A DNA stretch of 64,000 nucleotides from an uncultured Desulfosarcina sp. (GTDB lineage: Bacteria; Desulfobacterota; Desulfobacteria; Desulfobacterales; Desulfosarcinaceae). The translations under genes and the position numbers were made by a program. Below are positions 30,744 through 39,512 of the stretch, one piece after another (position 1 is the first letter of the stretch; each line of letters starts with the position of its first letter). The stretch is from the NCBI GenBank assembly GCA_963674945.2, contig CAXXWQ010000004.1, positions 544,001 to 608,000 on the forward strand, in the 5' to 3' direction. The notes under the pieces were generated by a model that was not told the DNA's origin, did not search any database, and was given only the letters and a program-made list of their open reading frames with translations.

Positions 30744-33002
30744 TCATCGACCGGACAGCACCTTGCAGTAAATCACCTTGCCGTCGTCCGGCGCATAGAA
30801 ATCTTTCAGCACCGCCTCCAGACGATAGCCACAGCTTTCGTAGAAGGCCCTTGTACTGGCGTATTGATCGCGCTGGGAGGTATCCACGTAGATGCGATCG
30901 CCGCCGCCCTTTCGGATCAGCGCCTCGGTCTCTGCAATCAGTCGGCGACCCAATCCCTTTCGATGGAACTCGGGATGGACGGCAATCCAATACAGATCGT
31001 AACTGTTCCGCGTGCAGGGAATGGGACCGTAACAGGTGTAGCCCACCAGCCGGCCATACTGCTCGGCGATCAGGAAATGGTAGCCGCTTTCATCCCCCCT
31101 GGTAAGGCGCTCCTGTACCAGTTCCTCGGCCACCGCCACTTCATCCGGGTGGAAAAAGCCGGTAAGATCGACAAGGCGCCTGACCCGTTCCGGATCACTC
31201 GCCGTGGGTTCTTGTCTCAACACGATGCCGTGCATCTGCTCTTTGTCCGGAGGATGTTTGGCTTGCGGATGAAAACCTGCGGCGGCCAACCCCTTAAAAA
31301 AGTGGAGGGCATTGCTGCCAAGGGTACGTACGCGATACCCCCCCTCCTGTACCAGTAAAGTGGGCAGCCCCAGTGCGCCGATACGCCGCCCGTTGGCCTC
31401 GAAATCCCTGGCGGTAAGCTGCCAGGTGCCGGTAGGGTCACTTTTTGCCGTATCCAGCCCGAAGGCCACCACCAGAAACTGGGGATTGAACTGCCGGATG
31501 CGACGCAGGGCTTTGTCCAATACCTTCAGGTAACCGTCGCCGTCCATTTTCTCAGGCAAGGGCAGGTTCATATTGAACCCCTCGCCTTCGCCCTCGCCGC
31601 GTTCTTCTTCGAATCCCGCAAAATAGGGGTAGGCAAAGGCGGGATGGCCATGCAACGAAACGGTGAGCACGTCGCTGCGCCGGTAGAAAATATCCTGCTG
31701 GCCGTTGCCATGATGATAGTCGATATCCAGGATGGCAACCTTTCCGTGGGCGCTCAGATATTGGGCGGCGATGGCGTTATTGTTGAAGTAGCAAAACCCC
31801 CCGAAGGCCCGGCGCTCTGCATGGTGGCCGGGCGGTCGCACCAGGGCGTAGGCCATTCGCCGGCCGGCCAGAATGTCGGCGGCAGCGGTCAGGGTGCAGT
31901 CAACCCCCTGGCGGGCGGCCGGATAGGCATTGCGGTTGATCGGGGTGAAGGTATCGATGCAGTAATATCCGGAAAGCACAGACGGCTCTTTGGGTGGTCG
32001 GGTCTTGTTGCGCAGCGGGAAGATGTAGGGATACAGTGATTTGCCCTCGGGTATCTCTTCACAGGCCCGGTGCAGGTAGTTTACCAAATCGCTGTCGTGA
32101 ACCGCGGTGATATGCTTTTCGGCAAAAGAGCGGGGTTTGATTTGGGCAAACAAACCGCTGGGCTGCAGCACTTTCAGGATTCTGCGCACCCGTACGGGCG
32201 CTTCCACATAGCCACGTTCGTGTATGTGGTGGATGTCATGATTGGCGTTGACCACCAGGGCGATTTGCTCTAAAGAGCGGCTTTCAACGGCTGTTCGCAC
32301 GGCCTCGGGTTTGACATACCGGAAAGGCCGCAGGTTCACCGGATCATCCCGAAAGGATGCCACCACCTTTTCCACATAGCGGGGGGGACAGTAGGCGGCG
32401 TATTTTCGCTCCAGCACGGCGCGCACCACTTTTCTGGCAAACCGCGGTCGCAATGGCTCGGGATGATCGAGCCCGTCGTACACCAGATGGGGCATGCAGG
32501 TGTCACCCGGCCTGACGGGACTCTCGTAGGCGGTATTGATGATCGGACGGGCCCCATAACGTTCATAGAAGCGGAGCCTGTCGCGATTCTGCTTAAGGAT
32601 CGCCGGATCATCGCAGGCATCGCGATCGTCGGGCAGACACTCGAAAAAGAGTCCCCTGGCATGAAGTTCCACGGCCTCGGCCCGCACGCTGTCATACAGG
32701 GCACTGCCCAGCCCGCCTCCGGTGGAACCTTTGGCGGTGGCAATCCAGTCCAGATAGCAAAAACCGATCACCGGTTCGTGCAGCACCATGGTGAATCCCA
32801 GTACGCGTCGACGCAATGTTTCGGCAACCAGCAAGATGGTCCGGAAACGCTGTTTGAAAGGATTACGCAGCTTTTCACTGATCTGGTCGATCTCTTCCGG
32901 CGGCACCTCGGAAAAGCGGGTCCGAAGGATCTGCTTCACCTGCTGCAACGCCTCCCGGTCCACAGACAGAATGTCATCGTAAATCCGGCGAATTTTAAGC
33001 AT
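30744..33002 (-). CDS. GNAT - HDAC-family (acetylpolyamine amidohydrolase-like) - GNAT fusion
   Basis: N-term YLDWIA..GGGLGSALY; central RPPGHHA, GFCYFNN, DIDYHHGNG, QEGGY; C-term LYWIAVHPEFHRKGLG, FYESCGY. Confidence 0.88.
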   Translation of the reverse strand: MLKIRRIYDDILSVDREALQQVKQILRTRFSEVPPEEIDQISEKLRNPFKQRFRTILLVAETLRRRVLGFTMVLHEPVIGFCYLDWIATAKGSTGGGLGSALYDSVRAEAVELHARGLFFECLPDDRDACDDPAILKQNRDRLRFYERYGARPIINTAYESPVRPGDTCMPHLVYDGLDHPEPLRPRFARKVVRAVLERKYAAYCPPRYVEKVVASFRDDPVNLRPFRYVKPEAVRTAVESRSLEQIALVVNANHDIHHIHERGYVEAPVRVRRILKVLQPSGLFAQIKPRSFAEKHITAVHDSDLVNYLHRACEEIPEGKSLYPYIFPLRNKTRPPKEPSVLSGYYCIDTFTPINRNAYPAARQGVDCTLTAAADILAGRRMAYALVRPPGHHAERRAFGGFCYFNNNAIAAQYLSAHGKVAILDIDYHHGNGQQDIFYRRSDVLTVSLHGHPAFAYPYFAGFEEERGEGEGEGFNMNLPLPEKMDGDGYLKVLDKALRRIRQFNPQFLVVAFGLDTAKSDPTGTWQLTARDFEANGRRIGALGLPTLLVQEGGYRVRTLGSNALHFFKGLAAAGFHPQAKHPPDKEQMHGIVLRQEPTASDPERVRRLVDLTGFFHPDEVAVAEELVQERLTRGDESGYHFLIAEQYGRLVGYTCYGPIPCTRNSYDLYWIAVHPEFHRKGLGRRLIAETEALIRKGGGDRIYVDTSQRDQYASTRAFYESCGYRLEAVLKDFYAPDDGKVIYCKVLSGR

Positions 33003-33010
33003 GACGAAAC

Positions 33011-34009
33011 CTATCGTATCGCCGAATCCACGATCCTTTTTATGGCATCGGTCATGGACAATCCGGCTTGGTGGACGGCGGCGGCAAAACCGGCATCCGG
33101 TGAAAGACAGGGATTGGCGTTAATTTCCAGGACCCAGGGCCGACCGTGACAGTCCACACGAAAATCTACGCGGGCATACCCCCGAAGACCCAGCAAATCC
33201 CAACATTCCAGGGACATATTCGTAAGCTGCACCAGAAGTTCCTCGTCTTTTGCATCGAAATCAAAACGACGCGGCGTGTGGTGATACGCATAGGAATTCT
33301 CGTCCCATTTGGCATTGTAGCCCACGATCCTGGCCTGACCGGAAGAATACCCCTCAAAGACAATTTCCGCCGGAGGTAACACCTGGGGGCCTTGCGGGCT
33401 GTCCAGCAAAGAGAGATTAAACTCCCGGCCCTCGATAAAGGCCTCGGCAAAACAGGATCCGCCCAGCATGGGTGCCCGCTGGACCATCAGGGTCTCCAGC
33501 AACCTTTCGGACGCGGCATCCACGATGGCTTCATCGTCAAGGCCGATAGAAGCGTGCTCCCAGACGGATTTGAGAATCCAGCGGCAAGGGGTGTCTCGCG
33601 GTCTTCCGAAGAGCCCAACACGCCAGGCGTCGGACGGAACGGTCCATGTCGGCGTCGGCAGACCCGCGCCGTCCAGCAAGGCCTTTGTGAGCAGCTTGTT
33701 GGAGGTCAGCATCATGGCTTCGGCACATGCCCCGGTGTAGGACAGCACCATGGCATCCAGCAGGGATGGAAACAGATGGATCAGCCGGCCCGTGCCGTCC
33801 AGGGACTCTACCAGATTGAAGACCAGATCGGGATCAATGGCGCGAAGTTCTCTCCGGACGCGGGAAAGATCCAGATCACAGGTCAGGCGGACCGCTTTGT
33901 GCCCGAGCGCCCGCAGATCATCGGTGACGGCATCGGCCTGAATCATAACGTCCTGTTCATCCACCGTACTGTCTGTTTGCACGGTATTATGAACCACAGC
34001 AACACGCAT
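33011..34009 (-). CDS. Ddl-like ATP-grasp ligase B
   Basis: FNLVES, KSVWEHASIG, FIEGREF, YNAKW, ARVDFR, LEINANP. Confidence 0.88.
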   Translation of the reverse strand: MRVAVVHNTVQTDSTVDEQDVMIQADAVTDDLRALGHKAVRLTCDLDLSRVRRELRAIDPDLVFNLVESLDGTGRLIHLFPSLLDAMVLSYTGACAEAMMLTSNKLLTKALLDGAGLPTPTWTVPSDAWRVGLFGRPRDTPCRWILKSVWEHASIGLDDEAIVDAASERLLETLMVQRAPMLGGSCFAEAFIEGREFNLSLLDSPQGPQVLPPAEIVFEGYSSGQARIVGYNAKWDENSYAYHHTPRRFDFDAKDEELLVQLTNMSLECWDLLGLRGYARVDFRVDCHGRPWVLEINANPCLSPDAGFAAAVHQAGLSMTDAIKRIVDSAIR

Positions 34010-35021
34010 AGGCTTGGCTCCTTGTCGAGGTCGTGGTGTGGCGAATGCGTTTTTGCGCAGACTGCACGATCCATTCGATCAACTGCGCATAGGTGATTTT
34101 AAGTTTGGTGCATAAAATCGGCAGGTCGGAATGTTCAGGATGCAATCCGGCCAGCGGATTGACCTCCATGAACTGTGGTGCACCTTCGGCGTCGCAGCGC
34201 ACATCGGCACGTCCCCCGTCCCTGCATCCCAGCACTTGCCAGGCTTTCAGCACGATGGCTTCGGCCTGCCGTACAACAGGGTCCGTTGCTGCATCCACGA
34301 GACGGTAGGCGACCAATTCCTCGCAGCGCTCCTTGTTCGTGTAAGAGTAAACCTGGGCTTCGGCTTTATCCAGTAAATGAACTTCCATGGTGCCCAGCAC
34401 CCTTGCCTCTCGACCCGTTCCCACAACGCCGATGGTAAACTCGCGGCCTGGTAGAAACGGCTCAACCAGGACCGGTTGGGAAAAGTCGGTCATCAGGTTG
34501 AGACAGGCGGCGCCCAACTCCTTTCTTTGGCGTACGATGGAGTCGGGCGTCACTCCCTTGCCCGTTCCCTCGGCCACGGGCTTGATAAAATAGGGCGGCC
34601 CAAAAGTTACCGCCTTCAGGTCCCCCGGTTCGCGAACCACCACGAAATCGGAAGTGGCCACACCGGCATCGCGCAGTACGTGCTTGGTCATGCCTTTGTG
34701 CAGGGTCAGGGCCATCACCAACGGATCGGAAAACGTGTACGCGATGCCGTAGACATCCAATATTGCGGGCACCTGGGCTTCCCGGCCGATGCCGTTCATT
34801 CCTTCGGCGATGTTGAAAACAAGGTCCCAGCGCCGTCCTGCAGCCAAGTGTTGGATCAGGTTGCGGGCATGGCCGATGCGTTCGGTGTGATAGCCCAAGG
34901 CGGCAAGCGTGCTTTCCAATGCCTCGACCGTGTCGTCGCGATCGAATTCGGCGGTCTCCTCCTCGCCGTACCCGGCAGCCAGGTATTCGGAGCGTAGATC
35001 ATACGTCAGGCCAATTTTCAT
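33987..35021 (-). CDS. Ddl-like ATP-grasp ligase A
   Basis: FNIAEG, KPVAEGTGKG, FLPGREF, GRADVR, MEVNPLAGL. Confidence 0.88.
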   Translation of the reverse strand: MKIGLTYDLRSEYLAAGYGEEETAEFDRDDTVEALESTLAALGYHTERIGHARNLIQHLAAGRRWDLVFNIAEGMNGIGREAQVPAILDVYGIAYTFSDPLVMALTLHKGMTKHVLRDAGVATSDFVVVREPGDLKAVTFGPPYFIKPVAEGTGKGVTPDSIVRQRKELGAACLNLMTDFSQPVLVEPFLPGREFTIGVVGTGREARVLGTMEVHLLDKAEAQVYSYTNKERCEELVAYRLVDAATDPVVRQAEAIVLKAWQVLGCRDGGRADVRCDAEGAPQFMEVNPLAGLHPEHSDLPILCTKLKITYAQLIEWIVQSAQKRIRHTTTSTRSQAYACCCGS

Positions 35022-35580
35022 TTTCTTTTGCCTCCCAGAAAATTTCACGGTAGAGCATACGGTGCCATTGGACTGCTTGTTGCCGGGCGACGCCGGCGAT
35101 TCCCTTCTCGAAGGAAGGCATCGCCTGCATTCTGGTTGCGCTGCATTCGCCGTCCCATTGCCCGCTCAGGCCTTCGGCAGTGTAAAGATGGGGATACAAC
35201 CGGCACACCAGTGGCCGGGCGGTCAACGACAGCGAACATCCCGAAGGGCCGAGGAAAAGGCAGTCGCCGTCCGCCAGCCATTTGAGAACTCGTCGCCTGC
35301 CATCGGTGCGAAAGACGTACCGATGCCACAGCGGATCATCCTCCTGGTCGGCATAGTCCGCGTGAACGCCGACACGGTATTCATAAAAGTCACAAAACCC
35401 GCCGTGGCGTTGGATCCGTTGGCAATCACCTGCGGTAACGTAAATATCGTGCTGCTGACAGCAGGTCCGGCCCTGACTGGCGCAGCGTATGCAAACGTCT
35501 CCCCGGTCCGGATTTTCAACAGCCGATAGCGTGTTGCCGGGTATCGTTGCACTCGCCATATCTGTGTTTGTTGGATTCAT
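34999..35580 (-). CDS. YkgJ-family cysteine-cluster (Zn/Fe-chelating) protein
   Basis: C..C.....CC, CLFL...GC, RPLVCRLYP. Confidence 0.85.
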   Translation of the reverse strand: MNPTNTDMASATIPGNTLSAVENPDRGDVCIRCASQGRTCCQQHDIYVTAGDCQRIQRHGGFCDFYEYRVGVHADYADQEDDPLWHRYVFRTDGRRRVLKWLADGDCLFLGPSGCSLSLTARPLVCRLYPHLYTAEGLSGQWDGECSATRMQAMPSFEKGIAGVARQQAVQWHRMLYREIFWEAKENENWPDV

Positions 35581-35615
35581 CCTCACCGCCCTCCTTTACC
35601 GGCGGTGGTGTCTGA

Positions 35616-36923
35616 TTAGAACGAATCTGGATAGCGAAAGGTTTTGCCTTCATAATTCCGCAGCAGGATATCGCATCCGTCGCGTCCCTGGCAGTAATCG
35701 GGCGTCAATGGTATCTTTCCGCCGCCGCCAGGTGCGTCGATGACATAGGTCGGTACGGCGTACCCACTTGTAAACCCCCGCAATCCTTGGATGATTTCCA
35801 GCCCCTTGTCCACCGGTGTGCGGAAATGAGAAGAACCGGAAATGGGATCGCACTGGTAAAGATAGTAGGGCCTGACCCGCATGCGCAGCAATTGGTGCAC
35901 TAGGCGGCCCATGGTTTCCACCGAATCGTTGATATCCTTGAGCAGAACGGTCTGTGATCCCAATGGGATTCCGGCGTTGGCCAATCGCTGGCAGGCAAGC
36001 GAGGCTTCGGGCGTGCACTCGTCCGGATGGATGAAGTGAAGACTCATCCACAACGGATGATGGCGCTTGAGCATGCGCACCAGTTGCGGCGTAATTCGCT
36101 GGGGCAGGACGGCCGGAATCTTGGTGCCGATCCGAATGATCTCCACATGTTTGATCTGCCGCAACCGGGTCAGCAGCCAATCCAGTCGAGAATCGCTCAA
36201 GGTCAGCGGGTCGCCGCCGGAAAGCAGAACATCCCGGATCATGGGAGTACGACGAATGTACTCCAGGGCCTGTTCCAAGCGCTTGCGATTGAAAAAGAGG
36301 CGACCGTGCCCCACCATGCGGGAACGGGTGCAATAGCGGCAATAGGTGGAGCAGAAATCCAGGGTCAGGAACAACACCCGATCCGGATAGCGATGGACCA
36401 GACCCGTAACAGGACTTTGATGATCTTCGCCCAGGGGATCATCGGCCTCTTCCGGCATGCGGATCAACTCGTTGATTGTGGGCACAACGGTTCGGCGCAG
36501 GGGATAGGCCACACCGTGGTCAACGAGCAGACTGAGGAAATAGGGTGTGATCGCCAGGGGCAACCTGGTTTGCAAGCCCGCCATTGCCGCATTCTCATCG
36601 CTGCTCAGCGTTAAAAACCGTTCCAGCTGTCTTGTCGTGCACACCCGGTTGGCGATCTGCCATTGCCAGGAGTTCCATTGCTGGTCGCTGATGTTGGGGT
36701 AATGGATTTTTAAAAACTTGCGCCTTCGAGAAATCGGGTAGTTGGGAACCGGTCTGATGGATAAATGGTTTGGTCGCGGCCGTGTAGCCGACAATGGCGA
36801 GGCAACCGCGCAATCGGTCGCCTGACTTGGAGGCTCCTCTTCCACTTCCGTGGAGACCTCCATGGTAGTAGTGGACTTTTGGTCCTGATTCGGGTTGGAT
36901 TGACGACGGGGAGGCAAACGCAT
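35616..36923 (-). CDS. KamA-family radical SAM aminomutase (lysine 2,3-aminomutase-like)
   Basis: DPLGE, HRYPDR, CSTYCRYC, SGGDPL, YQCD, YVIDAPGGGGKIP; start uncertain (36923 or 36863). Confidence 0.92.
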   Translation of the reverse strand: MRLPPRRQSNPNQDQKSTTTMEVSTEVEEEPPSQATDCAVASPLSATRPRPNHLSIRPVPNYPISRRRKFLKIHYPNISDQQWNSWQWQIANRVCTTRQLERFLTLSSDENAAMAGLQTRLPLAITPYFLSLLVDHGVAYPLRRTVVPTINELIRMPEEADDPLGEDHQSPVTGLVHRYPDRVLFLTLDFCSTYCRYCTRSRMVGHGRLFFNRKRLEQALEYIRRTPMIRDVLLSGGDPLTLSDSRLDWLLTRLRQIKHVEIIRIGTKIPAVLPQRITPQLVRMLKRHHPLWMSLHFIHPDECTPEASLACQRLANAGIPLGSQTVLLKDINDSVETMGRLVHQLLRMRVRPYYLYQCDPISGSSHFRTPVDKGLEIIQGLRGFTSGYAVPTYVIDAPGGGGKIPLTPDYCQGRDGCDILLRNYEGKTFRYPDSF

Positions 36924-36998
36924 CGTTTGGATACTCCTTTTCTTTGCTCGGTTCGGTTTCCAGGAAAAACAACCTGTTTTTCTAATGCCAAGCACTTA

Positions 36999-37013
36999 AC
37001 AAAATGCATGCCA
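36999..37013 (-). promoter_or_regulatory. sigma54 promoter of the aminomutase operon
   Basis: TGGCAT-GCATT-TTGT (one deviation at -12). Confidence 0.5.
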
Positions 37014-37409
37014 GTATGATATTCTTAACAAATCAAGCCATTTTCGCGATTTCCGGCGAAACCAGAACGTGAATGACCGAGGAAAAGGAAACTTCGGTTC
37101 CGATTTTCAGCCATGTTCTCATCGCTGCATCGCACAATTCCTCCCTTTCTATCCAAAACTGCCTGTTTAACGACAAACCGTGCCTCTCCACCAATGCCTT
37201 TGATGATATTCAATGATCTATTGAAGGAGACATCAGGTGTCCGAAAAATGGTGAGGACAGGACATTTTGCTTCCGGTCCTGGAGGACAGGTCCATGAGAA
37301 GGTAAATGTCTGCTGAATTTGAAATTTTGGGATGATCGGACCGGGGCCTTGTCGCGGCGGTTACTGCCGGCAGATTCAGATGTAAACGGGACCAAAGGCC
37401 GATAAAGGA

Positions 37410-37775
37410 TCAATATCCAACGGCCTTTTCGTACCGTTCACGGCGTATCTTGCAGTCGATGCAATATCGGGTTACCGGCCTTGCCTTGAGACGCTCCAGG
37501 GAGATGGGCTCTTCGCAATCTTCACAGATTCCGTATGACCCTTCTTCGATGGCGCTCAGGCTGTATTTGATCTTTTTAATCAATCGACTTTCCCGGCTCC
37601 GAATTCGATACTTACTGTTCCGATCCAGCTCCTGCGTGGCCCGATCCAGAGGATCGGGTTCACTCTCAAGGGTTGTGGAAATAAGCTCATAAACCGTTGT
37701 CCCGGCATCGTCGAGCAACCGGTTCAATTCATTTTCAAGCAACTGACGAAAGTAATTCAGATCTTTTCGATTCAT
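37410..37775 (-). CDS. dksA: DksA/TraR-family C4 zinc-finger protein
   Basis: PDPLDRA tip, RSRESRLIKKI, YGICEDC, RLKARP, CIDCK. Confidence 0.88.
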   Translation of the reverse strand: MNRKDLNYFRQLLENELNRLLDDAGTTVYELISTTLESEPDPLDRATQELDRNSKYRIRSRESRLIKKIKYSLSAIEEGSYGICEDCEEPISLERLKARPVTRYCIDCKIRRERYEKAVGY

Positions 37776-37835
37776 AGCAACCCTCCGGAAATTCCTTCAA
37801 AAAAGACCCAACGAACAACGACACGAAAGCCTGAC

Positions 37836-37850
37836 GCAATATTTGCGCCA
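37836..37850 (-). promoter_or_regulatory. sigma54 promoter of dksA-like gene
   Basis: TGGCGC-AAATA-TTGC. Confidence 0.7.
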
Positions 37851-38065
37851 TATCTATTTTGATTTACTTCCCTGCCAATGGAGCAAATCGAAACACCGGT
37901 TCTTATAGGTGGTCGTTGATCGGCTGCTTTCCGGTAAGGAGCGATGCACCCGGAACCATCCGAGGCGAGTGAAACACGGAGGTGTGTTACCTCAATGGCT
38001 CACATTATGCAGGCATATTCGAGGCCTGCGTACCATTGCGGCTGTCGACGTGACGATTTGTATGG

Positions 38066-38722
38066 TTGCACCCCTATCGCGCATGCCGAAAAAAGCTTTC
38101 CGATATCGGGTTGGCGGAGAAAAAGAAGTTGGGAATCTTCTCTGAAATGACGGCGCTGTATGCCCACATCGATCAGGTGGTGGCAGAATTTCAATTGAGG
38201 AGCGGACTTCGTTGTCCACCGGGGTGCGGAAAATGTTGTACGACCTCCGATGTCCAGGTGACCGTTCTGGAAATGCTTCCCATGGCCCATGAAATGTTTT
38301 GCGACGGTACGGCAGACCAATGGCTGGAGCGTCTGTCGGTACCTTCCGTGTCGGGGAGATGCGTTTTATACAAGGTCCATGGGACAGAAAACTTGGCCGG
38401 ACACTGCGGCTATTACAAATGGCGGCCGGTAGTGTGTCGATTGTTCGGCTTTGCCGCGGTACGAGATCGGACCGGGTCCAAGACACTGGCGGTGTGTCGG
38501 CACATCCGCCAGAACAACCCGAAAGTCGCCCTGGTCGCAATGGCCATGGCCGAAGAAGCGCCCTGTTTCGTGAAGTACGGCACCGAAGTCTTTGGGCTCG
38601 ATCCAGTGTTGGGTTTCCGTTTGATGCCCATCAATACGGCGCTGCACCAGGCCATCGAACGTCTGGGGATTGTGAGGTCATATGCATATCGGGAGAGTTT
38701 GCGGGACAATCCGGCAGCGTAG
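38066..38722 (+). CDS. YkgJ-family cysteine-cluster protein
   Basis: CPPGCGKCC, CVLY, CGYYKWRPVVCRLFG; start uncertain (38147 possible). Confidence 0.85.
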   Translation: MHPYRACRKKLSDIGLAEKKKLGIFSEMTALYAHIDQVVAEFQLRSGLRCPPGCGKCCTTSDVQVTVLEMLPMAHEMFCDGTADQWLERLSVPSVSGRCVLYKVHGTENLAGHCGYYKWRPVVCRLFGFAAVRDRTGSKTLAVCRHIRQNNPKVALVAMAMAEEAPCFVKYGTEVFGLDPVLGFRLMPINTALHQAIERLGIVRSYAYRESLRDNPAA

Positions 38723-39004
38723 GGAGGCAACCCCCCTTTACAAACCGTCCGATTGGTTTATATGGGGAATCGTCTTTTCAGAATTGCAAACACAATCATC
38801 CATTTGAAAAAATACGCAGATTTGATTTTGAAGAGCCGCCGATTGACATCGTGAGAAATAGAAATACGATGTCCGCTTTGATCCGGAAGAGGAAACCGGA
38901 TGTCAGATTTCATCTGATTCACAATTTCTGGCACAAATGATTCCAGTCCACGAAAGATTCGCACCATGCGATCCTGCATTGTTTTCGCCTGCAAGTTGTG
39001 CACC

Positions 39005-39019
39005 TGGCGCATTCATTGC
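39005..39019 (+). promoter_or_regulatory. sigma54 promoter
   Basis: TGGCGC-ATTCA-TTGC upstream of ATG 39078. Confidence 0.7.
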
Positions 39020-39077
39020 AGTAGAAGGCGCCAAGATAATTTCACAAACACAAAACAAGGTCGTTGTCGGTGGAATA

Positions 39078-39344
39078 ATGGCGAAAAAAAATCCGACAAT
39101 CATTCGAGGCATCGTTCTTGCCGCCGGCTGGGAAAAAAATGGTGCGATCTCGGTCGTGGATATCGCGGACTACGATGAGAAAACATACCGGGTGGTGAAC
39201 GATGAAATCGGCAACCAATTGCTGTCCTATGTGAAGAAGAGAGTTGCCGCCGAAGGCATTGTCATGATGCATCGCGGCAGGTTAACCTTCCGCGTCCGCC
39301 ATTTTCGGGTCGACACCGCCGACCCAATCAAGTCCATCGCCTGA
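39078..39344 (+). CDS. Small hypothetical beta-rich protein
   Basis: IRGIVLAAGWE.NG....DE..Y.V....G..LL...V..EG. Confidence 0.7.
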   Translation: MAKKNPTIIRGIVLAAGWEKNGAISVVDIADYDEKTYRVVNDEIGNQLLSYVKKRVAAEGIVMMHRGRLTFRVRHFRVDTADPIKSIA

Positions 39345-39512
39345 ACGGCAGGATCTCCCACCGCCATCGCTGATCCCCCAAGAATCGAAAACGTCCTGAT
39401 AACCGCCCGTTGCATTTTGAGAAGATACACGATATAGAATGAAGCGTGGTTTGCATCACCATGAAATATGCCTGATTCGCTTTGTTCCCTTTCAATCCAT
39501 TGATGATGTGTC

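Noticed and set aside
33011..35021. Housekeeping ddl genes
   Set aside because: Lack N-terminal GGxSxE motif and are not in a mur/dcw cluster
35616..36923. EpmB (EF-P beta-lysylation) or plain ablA
   Set aside because: No efp/epmA or AblB-type gene adjacent; context is ATP-grasp ligases
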